Below are positions 62,161 through 64,000 of a DNA stretch of 64,000 bases, piece by piece. How positions within the stretch are numbered: the first letter of the stretch is position 1; each line of letters starts with the position of its first letter. Source of the DNA: Paludibaculum sp. (GTDB lineage: Bacteria; Acidobacteriota; Terriglobia; Bryobacterales; Bryobacteraceae); the NCBI GenBank assembly GCA_029973955.1, contig JARKQJ010000249.1:19030-83029 (forward strand), written 5' to 3'. The position numbers and the translations under genes are program-made. A model generated the notes under the pieces. It had not been told where the DNA came from and ran no database searches. It saw only the letters and a program-made list of their open reading frames with translations.

Positions 62161-62200
62161 CCGGGGGAGGAGAGGAGGGTTCCAGCAGGCCTCCCCCCGG
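62161..62200. terminator. GC-rich hairpin after the GH106 gene
   Basis: CCGGGGGAGG...CCTCCCCCCGG; large loop and no U-tract. Confidence 0.4.
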
Positions 62201-62420
62201 ACCGGGACATATCCGGGCGCGGGAGGAGACCGATGCTTCAGGCTGGTTTTGTGTTTAGGCTGCCCGAAGGGGTGTGGTCGATAAAAGTGTCATCGGGTAA
62301 CGTTGCAGAATCGTTTCAAAATGGGCCGTAATCGTTAACGATGGAGCGGCGAGGTGCCTGTAACCGAGGATGTATCATACATACAGTTTCAGTCCGGTTT
62401 GCCCAGAGTGAGGGGGATGG

Positions 62421-63587
62421 TCACCAGATTTCAATGCCGACGGTGGTGGGCGGGCCAGGGAGACGATCAATCACCTTGGTCTCGATGAGGATGGCGATAT
62501 TCGAGCGATCCCAGTTTGCGGGCGCCTGGCGGAGGATGGCATCCAGGGTGGCGCGGGACGAGATCACCTCGCTGGCAGCTTCGGTGCCGGCGCTGCCGAT
62601 GCCGGCCAGGATGAGCAGCGGCTGCCCGGTAAGCTGAGATTGGATGCGGGCGATGACGGCGTAGTCCTTGATGAGGTTGCCTTCCGGCCTGCGGGTCCAG
62701 GCCTTGCCCGAGCGGTGTATGATCTTGCGGACAGAGTCCTCCACGGCGAAGGAATAAGGAATATCCTTTGTGACGCGCATCGTCCAAGGGTTATCGTAGG
62801 CGCCGATGAGGACGGAGGGCCCCTCGCGGAGTTGGGCGAAGGCGGTGTCTGAGACGGCGATCACGCGGAACGACTGGTGGGAGGGGACGACCGGCAGCAG
62901 GCAGCGGGCGAGGGTGATGACGTCGGCCATGTGGAGTTTGGCGCCCGGGGCGGGGAGAGGGCGGCTGGGGTCGGCGCTGACGAGGAGGGCTGGTTCGGCG
63001 AGGCAGTAGGTGATGATGTTGGGGGAAGAGGTGAAGGGGGCCCAGAAGCGGTCGAGGCTGGAGGACGTGGCGGGCAGGCGCAGCCGGCCGAGGGCGAAGC
63101 CGGCGAGGGCGATGAGGAGGAACGCGGCGGCGAGGCCAAGGCGCCGCGAAATGTTGGAGGCGGCGCGCGGGGAGGGAGCGGGCGCGGCTTCCGGTGGGGG
63201 GGCTTCGGCGGCGGTGGGCTCATGGAAAACAGGGACGTAGGAGCCGACCGGAAGCTCGACGATGAGTTCGCCGGCGTGTTGAGGAGCGTAGTAATACTGC
63301 GAGAGGCGTTTGCGAACCTCGGCGGCGGCCATGCGGACCACCGGATCGAGCGAGACATCGTAGCTCGGCTCCCGACCGAAGGCCTCAACGCCGATGGTGC
63401 GCTCCTTGACATTGTCGGAGTTGCCGGCGAGCGCCTGCTCCACAACATAGGCCAGAAGGGCCGGATAGCGCTTGCTGTTGGAGAAGAGCGGGTGGGCTAA
63501 CAGACGCCGCAACTGCTCCCGCACCAGGGCGGGATCTGGCAGCCGATCCTCTGCTGGCGGCGTTTTGTCGGGCGGTTGAGGCGACAT
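62421..63587 (-). CDS. Membrane-anchored putative one-component regulator (N-terminal winged-helix-like domain, TM, periplasmic domain)
   Basis: VREQLRRLL..PLFSNSKRYPALLAYVVE, KERTIGVEAFGR..YD...DPVVRM.A.EVRKRL.QYY, LPVGSYVPVF; single TM LGLAAAFLLIALAGFALG. Confidence 0.7.
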   Translation of the reverse strand: MSPQPPDKTPPAEDRLPDPALVREQLRRLLAHPLFSNSKRYPALLAYVVEQALAGNSDNVKERTIGVEAFGREPSYDVSLDPVVRMAAAEVRKRLSQYYYAPQHAGELIVELPVGSYVPVFHEPTAAEAPPPEAAPAPSPRAASNISRRLGLAAAFLLIALAGFALGRLRLPATSSSLDRFWAPFTSSPNIITYCLAEPALLVSADPSRPLPAPGAKLHMADVITLARCLLPVVPSHQSFRVIAVSDTAFAQLREGPSVLIGAYDNPWTMRVTKDIPYSFAVEDSVRKIIHRSGKAWTRRPEGNLIKDYAVIARIQSQLTGQPLLILAGIGSAGTEAASEVISSRATLDAILRQAPANWDRSNIAILIETKVIDRLPGPPTTVGIEIW

Positions 63588-63829
63588 GATGGACTGGCGA
63601 CCGGCCGTAGCGAGCGTGCCGAATTGAACAGGCCGCGAAAGGTCCGCCAGCGGCCCGAGGGGGACAATTCCATTTAACTACATCGATGACTGCCTCGCGG
63701 AGAGGGGGCATGCGGCTGGACTGGAGTCCTCAGAGAGGGGCGGATAGAATAAATTACCCATTACTCGATCGGAGAGATATGCTAATCTGTTGTCACGCAG
63801 TATATCATTCCTATCGACAAATGGAGATT

Positions 63830-64000
63830 ATGAAGACGCGCAACGCAATTTTAGTACTGTTCGTGTCCGCGGCCTATGCACAATCGCCGCAGGCCACAGT
63901 CAGCGGGACCGTGACGGACCCTAGCCGGGCATCCGTGGAGACGGTGGAGATCCACGCCACTCGAGGCGCCACGGGGCAGGTTTTCCGGGCTGTGACGAAC
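63830..64000 (+). CDS. 5' end of a probable TonB-dependent receptor (carboxypeptidase-regulatory-like N-domain), truncated by the window edge
   Basis: GGAG RBS; MKTRNAILVLFVSAAYAQSPQATVSGTVTDPSRASVETVEIHATRGATGQVFRAVTN; not in the ORF track. Confidence 0.75.
   Translation, partial: MKTRNAILVLFVSAAYAQSPQATVSGTVTDPSRASVETVEIHATRGATGQVFRAVTN

Overview
High-GC chromosomal window, most likely from an Acidobacterium of the Bryobacteraceae type. This is inferred from the PEP-CTERM protein, Oar-like TonB receptors, the acidobacterial membrane-anchored regulator and gene order. The left half is mostly housekeeping: tRNA-Leu(TAG), split transketolase, hemB, acyP-apt-ispE-prs-rplY-pth-rpsF-rpsR-rplI, rsmI, a type I secretion-like ABC/HlyD/TolC triplet, lolC/E-like, lysS and tpiA. 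The right half is rich in glycan catabolism. I found no integrase, transposase, CRISPR array or rRNA. The strongest candidate novelties are: (1) a 48.7-62.2 kb locus that couples a corrinoid protein, two URO-D/MtaA-type methyltransferases and a TauE exporter to a divergent GH95, a GH106, an MFS importer, a fucose-isomerase-family enzyme and an IclR/sugar-binding hybrid regulator, which suggests B12-dependent O-demethylation of methylated sugars; (2) a single 1467-aa ORF fusing a heparinase II/III-type polysaccharide lyase to a TonB-dependent-type outer-membrane barrel; (3) a riboswitch-like three-way-junction RNA with a competing terminator upstream of the PEP-CTERM gene; (4) an apparently circularly permuted discoidin domain inserted in the GH106; (5) a strong G/C strand skew that flips twice, once inside an intact gene. 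All family calls come from motif recognition by eye; no database searches were run.
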